Below, in pieces: positions 17,799 through 25,907 of a stretch of DNA of 64,000 nt. The stretch's first letter is position 1, and the number at the start of each line of letters is the position of its first letter. The stretch covers positions 25,620 to 89,619 of the forward strand of contig JAJYYV010000002.1 in the NCBI GenBank assembly GCA_021800535.1. Reading direction: 5' to 3'. The notes below the pieces were generated by a model, which searched no databases, was not told where the DNA came from, and saw nothing but the letters and a program-made list of their open reading frames with translations. The stretch is from a bacterium (GTDB taxonomy: Bacteria > Ratteibacteria > UBA8468 > B48-G9 > DTJG01). A program made the translations under genes and the position numbers.

Positions 17799-19028
17799 AT
17801 GAGAATACTTATAATTTCAAATCTTTATCCTCCTTATTATATAGGCGGATATGAAATCGGATGTTATGATGTTGTAGAAGCACTTAAAGCTAAAGGTCAT
17901 GAAATTAAAGTATTAACAAGTAAGTATGGAATAAAAAAAGCCACTATAGAAAAAGATGTATATAGATTATTAGATACAGAATTAGAATGGGAAAATACAA
18001 AATTTTTTAAATCTTTTTTAAATAGATTTAAGTTATTAAAAAAGGAAATTATAAATCCCAGAATATTTAAACATTTATATATATCTTTTAAACCGGATAT
18101 TATTTATGCCTGGAAGATAGAGGGTATTTCAATTTCTATTATTTTATTAGCTCAAAAATTAAATACACCCATATATTTTTATGTTTTTGATACATGGATA
18201 TCACATATAGAAAAAGATTACTGGTACACCTTATGGCATCGTAAATCTAAAAACAAAATTAAACAAATTATTAAAAAAAGTATTTATCCAATTATAAATA
18301 TTTTTATTCCAATTCCAACTGGGTCTTTAATTTTAAATAATGTTCAATTTGCAAGTAATTATTTAAAAAACTATGTAGAAAAATCCGATAAAAAAATAAA
18401 AAAAGGAGAAGTTATATATTGGGGTATAGATATAAATAAATTTTCATATAAATTAAGTGTAAATCATTATCCCAAACTACTTTATGTGGGACAAATCGTT
18501 TATCATAAAGGAATTAATACATTAGTTGAAACAATGAAAATTCTTGTAAAAAAATATGGATATATTTCATTAAAACTTACAATTGTTGGAAAAAGTACAA
18601 AAATTGATTATGTAAAAAGTATACAAAATTTAATACATTCTTATAAATTAGAAAACAACGTTGATTTTTTAGGTTTTATCTATAGAAAACAATTACCTCA
18701 TATTTATCATGAACATGATATTTTAATATTCCCTTCTATTTGGGAGGAACCGTTTGGTATTACTATTATTGAAGCAATGGCATCTGGATTAGCAGTTGTT
18801 GGTACAGCAACAGGAGGAAGTACTGAAATTTTAGAAGATGGAATAAATAGCTTGGTTTTTCAAAAAGAAGATACTGAAAATTGTGCAATGCAAATTAAAA
18901 AACTTTTAGATAAGCCTGCATTGCTTGAAAAAATAAGAATAAATGGAAGAACTACAGTTATAGAAAAATTTAATTTTGAAAATACGATAAAAAAAATAGA
19001 AAATTCATTATTTACAATTATTAATTAG
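17799..19028 (+). CDS. glycosyltransferase family 4 (GT-B)
   Basis: 409 aa. N-terminal MRILIISNLYPPYYIGGYE and the C-terminal EX7E-type region PSIWEEPFGITIIEAMASGLAVVGT. Confidence 0.85.
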   Translation: MRILIISNLYPPYYIGGYEIGCYDVVEALKAKGHEIKVLTSKYGIKKATIEKDVYRLLDTELEWENTKFFKSFLNRFKLLKKEIINPRIFKHLYISFKPDIIYAWKIEGISISIILLAQKLNTPIYFYVFDTWISHIEKDYWYTLWHRKSKNKIKQIIKKSIYPIINIFIPIPTGSLILNNVQFASNYLKNYVEKSDKKIKKGEVIYWGIDINKFSYKLSVNHYPKLLYVGQIVYHKGINTLVETMKILVKKYGYISLKLTIVGKSTKIDYVKSIQNLIHSYKLENNVDFLGFIYRKQLPHIYHEHDILIFPSIWEEPFGITIIEAMASGLAVVGTATGGSTEILEDGINSLVFQKEDTENCAMQIKKLLDKPALLEKIRINGRTTVIEKFNFENTIKKIENSLFTIIN

Positions 19029-19237
19029 TTATATTTGTACTTATACCTAAAAATTATATAGAATTTTATAACAAAGTAATATAATTAAATTTGATAAAAT
19101 TGAATATCTTAAAAACTATTTTACGATATGTTATATCCTGGTTTATATCTCCAAGTATGACCTATTTTTTATATAAACCAATATTTTTATTATCAAACAA
19201 TACAAAGGTAAAAAAACAACATTGTATTTCTTCAGAA

Positions 19238-20374
19238 ATGAAAAAAATATTGGTGATACGGCTTGATACAATTGGGGATATAGTTTTAACAACATCTTTC
19301 TTGAGAGAATTAAGGTATAACTTTCCGAAAGCCTGGATTACTTTAGTAATTAAACCTGAAGTTTATAATTTAGTAGAAACATGTCCTTATGTAAATGAAA
19401 TATTAGTATATTATTATCATAATAGAGGGCATTTTGAATATCTAAAAAAGTATATTAATGCTTTAAAATTCGCATATAAATATCTATTAAAACGAAATTT
19501 TGATTTAGCCATTTTACCACGCTGGGATTTTGATAATCATTACACTACTTTTATTGCTTATTTTAGCGGAACACAATTTAGAATAGGATATTCAGAAAAA
19601 GTTAATCAATATAAAAAAATAGTTAATAAAGAATATGATAAATTATTGACCCATGCTATTAATAATTCTACAATTAAACATACATCTGAATATAATCTTG
19701 ATATAATTAAATATATAGGAGGAACAGTATCAAGTAATAAATTAGAAATTTGGTTAACACCTCAGGATGAGGAATTTGCTAAAAAGTTTTATATTTCCCA
19801 TAATTATGATATAAATAGGACTAACTTATTGATAGTTTTAGGAATCGGAGCAGGTGAATATTTTAAAATCTGGCCTATTGATAGATTTACAGAATTAGGA
19901 ATATGGTTAATAAATAAATACAATGCCTATCTTCTTATTGTAGGGGGACAAAAAGAAAAAAATTCTGCAGAGTTTTTGGAAAAAAAAATTAATAGTATCT
20001 ATGTAATAAATGCTGTTAATAAGACAACACTGCGACAAACAGCCGCATTACTAAAATATTGTAATCTATATATAGGAAATGATTCTGGTCCTATGCATCT
20101 CGCCTCTGCAGTTGGAATTCCAATAATAGAACTAAATGGTTATACTAAATCTAAACAATTTTCAAATGGTAATCCTATATACGGATTTAGTCCTTATGGG
20201 AGTAAATATATAAATATTCAACCAGAATATTTTTGTGAAAATACAAATATTTCTGATTTCTCTAAAAAATTTTGTATTTCAGGAATTACAGTTGATATGG
20301 TTAAACAAGCAATTGAAGAAAATTTTTTACAATTAATTTTGAAAAACAACATCCACAATGAAAATAGGAATTGA
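19238..20374 (+). CDS. glycosyltransferase family 9 (heptosyltransferase-like)
   Basis: MKKILVIRLDTIGDIVLTT at the chosen start and GNDSGPMHLASAVGIP near the C-terminus are classic GT9 motifs. The ORF track begins at a TTG at 19091, so the N-terminal extension is doubtful. Confidence 0.8.
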   Translation: MKKILVIRLDTIGDIVLTTSFLRELRYNFPKAWITLVIKPEVYNLVETCPYVNEILVYYYHNRGHFEYLKKYINALKFAYKYLLKRNFDLAILPRWDFDNHYTTFIAYFSGTQFRIGYSEKVNQYKKIVNKEYDKLLTHAINNSTIKHTSEYNLDIIKYIGGTVSSNKLEIWLTPQDEEFAKKFYISHNYDINRTNLLIVLGIGAGEYFKIWPIDRFTELGIWLINKYNAYLLIVGGQKEKNSAEFLEKKINSIYVINAVNKTTLRQTAALLKYCNLYIGNDSGPMHLASAVGIPIIELNGYTKSKQFSNGNPIYGFSPYGSKYINIQPEYFCENTNISDFSKKFCISGITVDMVKQAIEENFLQLILKNNIHNENRN

Positions 20375-21518
20375 TATTACACCTTTATATGATAAGAAAC
20401 TAACAGGTATAGGTTATACTATATATAACCTTATTAAGTATCTGGCTAAAATTGATACAAATAATCAATATATACTCTTTTCTTATGGCTCTTTTTTTAA
20501 GAATAGAGATAAAGGAAGACTTGAAATCTTAAAAAGCAGAATTCCACAGCAAAAAAATTTTAAACTGGTTTTTTTCAGATTTCCATCAAATTTAAAATTT
20601 ATAAATGAAAGATTTATTCCTTTAAATATTCTAATAGGAAAAGTAGATATTTTTCATGTTCCATATCAATTATATTGTCCTTTTATTGTTGGAGGTAAAA
20701 AAATATTTACCATACATGATATTATTCCTTTTATTAACCCGCAATGGGATACTAATCCTTTACGGTTTAAAAGAGTAATGGCTTTGATTTTTAAAAGAGC
20801 AAATAAGATTATTACAATTTCAGAAAGCAGCAAAAATGATTTAATAAAATATTGTAATATTTTTCCTGATAGAATTACTATTATTCCTAATGGAGTGGAC
20901 CCACATTTTAAATTAATAGAACAAAAAATAAAACAACAAATATTATTGAAATATAATTTAACAAATAATTATATATTTTATACAGGAGAAGTTGTTCCAA
21001 GAAAAAATTTAACAGCACTTTTAAAAGCATTTGAAAGCCTAATTAAAAATAAAATTTATAACCATAAATTAGTTATATCAGGAATTATTCATAAAAATTA
21101 TACTGAGTTTTTTGATACATTAAATAATATGCCTATATCCGTAAAAGAAAATATTATCATAACTGGATATGTTCCCTATGAAGATTTGCCTGCACTTTAT
21201 AATGGGGCAGAAATTTTGGTTTTTCCATCCCTTTATGAGGGTTTTGGACTCCCGGTTTTAGAAGCTATGGCATGTGGATGTCCTGTGATTACTTCAAATG
21301 TTTCTTCTTTGCCGGAAGTTTGCGGAGATGCTGCTATTTTGATTAACCCTGATAATGTAGATGAAATAACAGATGCAATGGAAAGGGTTTTATCTGATGG
21401 AAAATTAAGAGAAGAAATGAAAAGAAAAGGACTGAAAAGGGCAAAAATGTTTTCCTGGGAGAAAGCAGCCAGAGAAACACTACAAGTTTATTACCAAGCC
21501 ACAAATATTTCAAAATAA
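20358..21518 (+). CDS. glycosyltransferase family 4 (paralog A)
   Basis: 386 aa. C-terminal FPSLYEGFGLPVLEAMACGCPVITSN. The last ~100 aa are about 75% identical to the GT4 at 22444-23592. Confidence 0.88.
   Translation: MKIGIDITPLYDKKLTGIGYTIYNLIKYLAKIDTNNQYILFSYGSFFKNRDKGRLEILKSRIPQQKNFKLVFFRFPSNLKFINERFIPLNILIGKVDIFHVPYQLYCPFIVGGKKIFTIHDIIPFINPQWDTNPLRFKRVMALIFKRANKIITISESSKNDLIKYCNIFPDRITIIPNGVDPHFKLIEQKIKQQILLKYNLTNNYIFYTGEVVPRKNLTALLKAFESLIKNKIYNHKLVISGIIHKNYTEFFDTLNNMPISVKENIIITGYVPYEDLPALYNGAEILVFPSLYEGFGLPVLEAMACGCPVITSNVSSLPEVCGDAAILINPDNVDEITDAMERVLSDGKLREEMKRKGLKRAKMFSWEKAARETLQVYYQATNISK
21207..21515 (+). repeat. roughly 300-nt block of high nucleotide identity shared with 23287-23589 (3' ends of two GT4 genes)
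   Basis: A hand alignment of one 78-nt stretch gave about 87% identity. The 5' two-thirds of the two genes are only distantly related. Confidence 0.75.
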
Positions 21519-21676
21519 ATATCCTGAGTTTTCCACTTTCATCTGGATACTCTATAATTCTTTTTTAATATCAAAATTTCTTACATTTTTATACCTATAT
21601 GCCAATAATGTAAGAAAAATGTAATTATTTTTTCACTCTATTGAATATTTTTTAAAAGTATTAAACTAATACCTGT

Positions 21677-21740
21677 GGTATTAATGCGGCTATAGGCTTA
21701 ATCTCTTTTGAAAAAGATGGAATTTATTACTTCATTACTT
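21677..21740 (+). pseudogene. degenerate fragment duplicating the 5' coding end of the GT4 gene at 22444
   Basis: About 85% identity to 22453-22517, with one 1-nt gap. Translates to GINAAIGLISFEKDGIYY versus IAIDAAIGLSSFEKGGIYY. No start codon and no continuation of the ORF. Confidence 0.6.
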
Positions 21741-21766
21741 GACAGATTCCTTACAATATATAAAAT
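21739..21766 (+). promoter_or_regulatory. candidate promoter of the AbrB-PIN cassette
   Basis: TTGACA (21739-21744), a 16-nt spacer, then TAAAAT (21761-21766). The RBS GAGGTG at 21774-21779 precedes the ATG at 21788. Confidence 0.4.
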
Positions 21767-21787
21767 TAATATTGAGGTGAAATTACT

Positions 21788-22021
21788 ATGTTATGTAAAA
21801 AAACATATAAAAATCAGATTACTTTACCAAAAAAAATTATGGATAATTTTAAAAATGTAGAGTATTTTGAAGCAGAATCCAAAAAAGATAGAATTATTCT
21901 AAAACCTGTGGAAATAAGACCAGTATCTCTTCTCACACAAATAAGAAAAAAGATTTCTTCTTTAGGTTTTACTGAAAAAGATATTGAAAAAGCAATATCT
22001 TATGCGAGAAAAAAACGATGA
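21788..22021 (+). CDS. AbrB/SpoVT-type antitoxin
   Basis: 77 aa. N-terminal swapped-hairpin-like segment KNQITLPKKIMDNF...RIILKPVE. 4-nt overlap with the PIN gene. Confidence 0.65.
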   Translation: MLCKKTYKNQITLPKKIMDNFKNVEYFEAESKKDRIILKPVEIRPVSLLTQIRKKISSLGFTEKDIEKAISYARKKR

Positions 22022-22431
22022 ATTCGTTGCCGGTAGTTATAGATACAAATATATTTATTTCTGCTATACTTTTTGAAGGGGAAGTAAACAAACTGGTTTA
22101 TTTATGGCAATGTAATAAAATAAAAATTTTAATGTCTCATGAAATTTTACAAGAGTATATAATGGTACTTTCTTATCCAAAATTCAAATTAAAAAAAAGT
22201 GAAATTGAATATATTATAAAAGAAAATCTGCTTCCTTTTATTGAAGTAATACAAATAAAAACAAAAATAAATCTGATAAAAGATGATATTTCTGACAACA
22301 AATTTCTTTCTCTGGCTATAGATGGTAAAGCAAAATATATTATAAGCGGAGACAAACATTTGCTTTCTTTAAAAAATATTTATAATATTAAAATAATTTC
22401 TGCCAGAGAATTCTTGAACATTATTTATTAA
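22018..22431 (+). CDS. PIN-domain toxin (type II TA)
   Basis: 137 aa. Begins VVIDTNIFISAI (first acidic PIN residue) and ends with DNKFLSLAIDGKAKYIISGDKHL, typical of the PIN_3-type family. Confidence 0.8.
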   Translation: MNSLPVVIDTNIFISAILFEGEVNKLVYLWQCNKIKILMSHEILQEYIMVLSYPKFKLKKSEIEYIIKENLLPFIEVIQIKTKINLIKDDISDNKFLSLAIDGKAKYIISGDKHLLSLKNIYNIKIISAREFLNIIY

Positions 22432-22443
22432 TAAATTTGATAT

Positions 22444-23592
22444 ATGAAAATCGCTATTGATGCGGCAATCGGCTTAAGTTCTTTTGAAAAAGGTGGAATT
22501 TATTATTTATTACCTTATTTTCTCAATACTCTTAGTACATTAGATAAAAAAAATCAGTATGTAATTTTTGGATATTTTTTTAAGAATTATCAAAAAAAAA
22601 TTCAAAATATAAAAATCCCACAGGAGTCTAATTTTTCTTTAAAAACACTTCGCTTACCAGGAGGGTTACTAAGAAATATAGAACAAAATTTACACTTACC
22701 CTTATTAGAATATTTTCTGAAAAATGAAAAAATTTCAGTTTATCATGGTATATCAGGTTCTCGACTTCCTTATTTTAAAAAAATTAAAACAGTCTATACA
22801 GTTCATGATTTAAGCTTTGAAACACATCCGCAATGGTATAAAGAAAAATGGTATAAAGATATTCGCCTGTCAGCAGAAAGAGCTGATATAATTATCAGTC
22901 CCTCTTATTTAACCAAAAAGGATTTAATAAATATATATCATATACCTGAGAATAAAATAAAAGTGGTTTATTGGGGGATAGATACAGATATTTTTTATCC
23001 GGTGAATAAAGAAAAAATTCAAAGAAAAATCATAGATTATTCTCTCCCGGAAAGATTTATTTTAACAATAGTAACTTCTTCCATACAAAGAAAAAATACA
23101 CATAATTTATTAAACGCTTATAAAATTCTTACACAAAATGGTGTAAAAGAAACCCTTGTAATTGTTACAGGAACAGATTACTTAAAAGAAATTATAATGG
23201 AAGTAGCAAAAGAAAAACATTTGGAAGAAAATATAATATGTTATAGCGAAATACCCAAAACAGATTTAACAATATTTTATTCGTTAGCAGAAGTTTTTGT
23301 TTTTCCATCACTTTATGAGGGTTTTGGATTGCCGGTTTTAGAAGCCATGACCTGCGGATGTCCTGTAATTACATCAAATACTTCCTGTTTACCTGAAATT
23401 GTAGATAATGCGGCTATTTTAGTAGACCCTTATAATGCTGAGGAAATAGCAAATGCAATGAAGAAAGTTTTATCTGATGAAAACTTAAGACAACAAATGA
23501 GAAAAAAGGGACTGGAAAGGTCAAAAATGTTTTCCTGGGAAAAAACAGCCAGAGAAACACTGCAGGTTTATTACCAGGCCGCAAATATTTAA
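22444..23592 (+). CDS. glycosyltransferase family 4 (paralog B)
   Basis: 382 aa. C-terminal FPSLYEGFGLPVLEAMTCGCPVITSN...FSWEKTARETLQVYYQAANI closely matches paralog A. Confidence 0.88.
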   Translation: MKIAIDAAIGLSSFEKGGIYYLLPYFLNTLSTLDKKNQYVIFGYFFKNYQKKIQNIKIPQESNFSLKTLRLPGGLLRNIEQNLHLPLLEYFLKNEKISVYHGISGSRLPYFKKIKTVYTVHDLSFETHPQWYKEKWYKDIRLSAERADIIISPSYLTKKDLINIYHIPENKIKVVYWGIDTDIFYPVNKEKIQRKIIDYSLPERFILTIVTSSIQRKNTHNLLNAYKILTQNGVKETLVIVTGTDYLKEIIMEVAKEKHLEENIICYSEIPKTDLTIFYSLAEVFVFPSLYEGFGLPVLEAMTCGCPVITSNTSCLPEIVDNAAILVDPYNAEEIANAMKKVLSDENLRQQMRKKGLERSKMFSWEKTARETLQVYYQAANI

Positions 23593-23634
23593 AAATAAAT
23601 ATTAATAATAATAGTATTATAGTCTACAAATTAT

Positions 23635-24642
23635 TTAAATTTTGCTAAAATCACTTATAAAGCTTTTGTCTCCTATATATGAATTTTCTATTACGGAATT
23701 ATCACCTATATAAACATTATTGCCTATAATGCTGTCAGATATATAAACCCCCTTTCCTATATGAACATCAGAAAAAATTATACTTTTTTCAATTGTTACA
23801 GATTCTTTTATTATTGACTTATTTCCTACTACTGCCCAGCCTTTTATTTTTAAGTCTTTTGGAATCTTTACATTTTTGCCATATATAAGATTTTTTTCTC
23901 CTAACATTATATCTTTTTCATTTAAAAAATCTATTTTATATTTTTTTTGTATTATATCATCCGTGGCTTGTAAAAATTTTTCACAGGTCCCCGCATCAAT
24001 CCAATAACCATCATAAATATAAGCAAAAACCGGAATACCTTTTTTTATCAGCAGCGGGAAAATTTCTCTTTCTATAGAAATATTTTTTTTATCTGGAAAT
24101 TCATCTAAAATTTTAGAATTTAAGATATAAATTCCTGCATTAATTATATCTGATATAAAATTTTCTGGTTTTTCCACAAATTTTTTAATTCTGCTATTTT
24201 TATCTGTCAAAATTACACCATAGTTGTAAGGCTCTTTAACTTTTACACAGGCAATTGTTACAAATGCTTTTTTTTCAATATGAAATTTAAGCATTTCTGA
24301 AAGATTAATATCTGTTAAAATATCACCATTAAAAACAAAAAAATAATCTCCATTTAAAAATTGTTCAGCATATTTTATTGCTCCACCTGTCCCCATAGGG
24401 GTTTTTTCAATTAAATAATGAATTTTAATCCCATATTTTTTATTATTCCCCAAAATTTTCTTGAATTTATCAGATTTATAAGACAATCCAAGACCAATTT
24501 CTTTGATATTATAATATTTTAATAGTTGAATTTGATATACAATTAATGGAATATTCAAAATAGATAATAAAGGTTTTGGGGTTGTTAAAGTAAAAGGGGT
24601 TAATCTTGAACCTTGCCCGCCGGAAAGAATAAGTGCTTTCAT
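23635..24642 (-). CDS. sugar-1-phosphate nucleotidyltransferase with C-terminal left-handed beta-helix (mannose-1-P guanylyltransferase-like)
   Basis: 335 aa. N-terminal MKALILSGGQGSRLTPFTLTTPKPLL and hexapeptide-like repeats at the C-terminus. This is the only minus-strand gene inside the cluster. Confidence 0.8.
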   Translation of the reverse strand: MKALILSGGQGSRLTPFTLTTPKPLLSILNIPLIVYQIQLLKYYNIKEIGLGLSYKSDKFKKILGNNKKYGIKIHYLIEKTPMGTGGAIKYAEQFLNGDYFFVFNGDILTDINLSEMLKFHIEKKAFVTIACVKVKEPYNYGVILTDKNSRIKKFVEKPENFISDIINAGIYILNSKILDEFPDKKNISIEREIFPLLIKKGIPVFAYIYDGYWIDAGTCEKFLQATDDIIQKKYKIDFLNEKDIMLGEKNLIYGKNVKIPKDLKIKGWAVVGNKSIIKESVTIEKSIIFSDVHIGKGVYISDSIIGNNVYIGDNSVIENSYIGDKSFISDFSKI

Positions 24643-24780
24643 AATTATATTTTTATCTATAAAAATACAAAAGTCAAAAAAAAAATAATGTATGTTTTTT
24701 TTATTGGAAATTAGCCTGTTCTATGTTTAAATATATAAAAATTATTATGAATAGTACAACATTATATAAAAAATATCTAA

Positions 24781-25899
24781 ATGATAAAAATATGTTATGT
24801 AATCGGAACACTTAATATCGGAGGGACAGAAAAACAACTTTTAATACTTGTTAAAGGATTAGATAAAAAAAGGTTTTTGCCTGTTGTAATTTCCTTAAGA
24901 AAAAAGGGCCATTTAAAAAAAGATTTTGAAGCATCCGGAATAAAAGTAATTGAAATAGGCAAAAGATTTAAAATTGATATTGCATTTTTCTTTAAACTTT
25001 TTAATGTTATAAAAAAAGAAAAGCCTGTAATTGTTCATACATTTTTGTTCACCTCAAATACATGGGGAAGAATAGCGGCAATATTAAATAAAACCCCTTT
25101 ACTAATTTCTTCAGAACAGTGTGTGGATTCATGGAAAAAATGGCATCACATATTAATTGATAAAATTCTTCTTTATTTTACAAAAATTGTTACTGTAAAT
25201 TCTTATGCAGTGAAAAATTTTTATCAAAAATCAGAACATATTCCAGAACCAAAAATAAGAGTAATCCATAATGGTACAGAAATAAAAAGTACCAATACCC
25301 AGAATTTAAATTCTTTACTAAATAAAAAAAAGGAATTAAATCTTGAAAAAGCAGAATACATTATAAGCTGTGCTGGAAGATTTACAGAACAAAAAGGTTT
25401 TATCTATCTAATCAAGGCTATTCCGTTTATCTTGAAAAATTTCCCACAATCTTATTTTATTTTTATCGGTGATGGACCATTGCAAAATATTTTTAAAAAA
25501 GAGACTGAAAAATTAGCAATAAACTCAAATATTATTTTTACAGGATATAGAAAGGATGTTATGGATATTTTTTCTATTTCTGATATTATAGTTGTTCCTT
25601 CAATGTTTGAAGGCATGCCCAATGTTATTTCTGAAGCAATGGCAGTAGGTAAACCTGTAATAGGAACAGATATACCAGAAATTTCAGAAATAGTTAAAGA
25701 TGGTAAAAATGGATTATTAGTTCCTGTCAAAAATTCTGGTGCTCTGGCTGAAAAAATTATATATCTTCTTAAAAACCCATCACTTATCTTGAAAATGGGC
25801 AATGAAGGATATAAAACCGTAGTAAATGAATATTCCTCTGGAAAAATGATAACATCCTATGAAAATCTTTACCTGGAATTATCAAAAACAAAAAATTAA
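24781..25899 (+). CDS. glycosyltransferase family 4
   Basis: 372 aa. N-terminal MIKICYVIGTLNIGGTEKQ and C-terminal PSMFEGMPNVISEAMAVGKPVIGTD. Confidence 0.85.
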   Translation: MIKICYVIGTLNIGGTEKQLLILVKGLDKKRFLPVVISLRKKGHLKKDFEASGIKVIEIGKRFKIDIAFFFKLFNVIKKEKPVIVHTFLFTSNTWGRIAAILNKTPLLISSEQCVDSWKKWHHILIDKILLYFTKIVTVNSYAVKNFYQKSEHIPEPKIRVIHNGTEIKSTNTQNLNSLLNKKKELNLEKAEYIISCAGRFTEQKGFIYLIKAIPFILKNFPQSYFIFIGDGPLQNIFKKETEKLAINSNIIFTGYRKDVMDIFSISDIIVVPSMFEGMPNVISEAMAVGKPVIGTDIPEISEIVKDGKNGLLVPVKNSGALAEKIIYLLKNPSLILKMGNEGYKTVVNEYSSGKMITSYENLYLELSKTKN

Positions 25900-25907
25900 T
25901 ATAAAAA

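Noticed and set aside
19091-19237. 49-codon N-terminal extension (TTG start) of the GT9 gene.
   Set aside because: GT9 enzymes normally begin with the MKILVIR..GD motif, which is found at the ATG at 19238. The extension has no support, although a membrane-anchor role cannot be fully excluded.
21577-21617. Inverted repeat TTTCTTACATT-N19-AATGTAAGAAA downstream of the GT4 gene; a possible terminator.
   Set aside because: The stem is AT-rich with a 19-nt loop and has no adjacent U-tract. It is not convincing as an intrinsic terminator.
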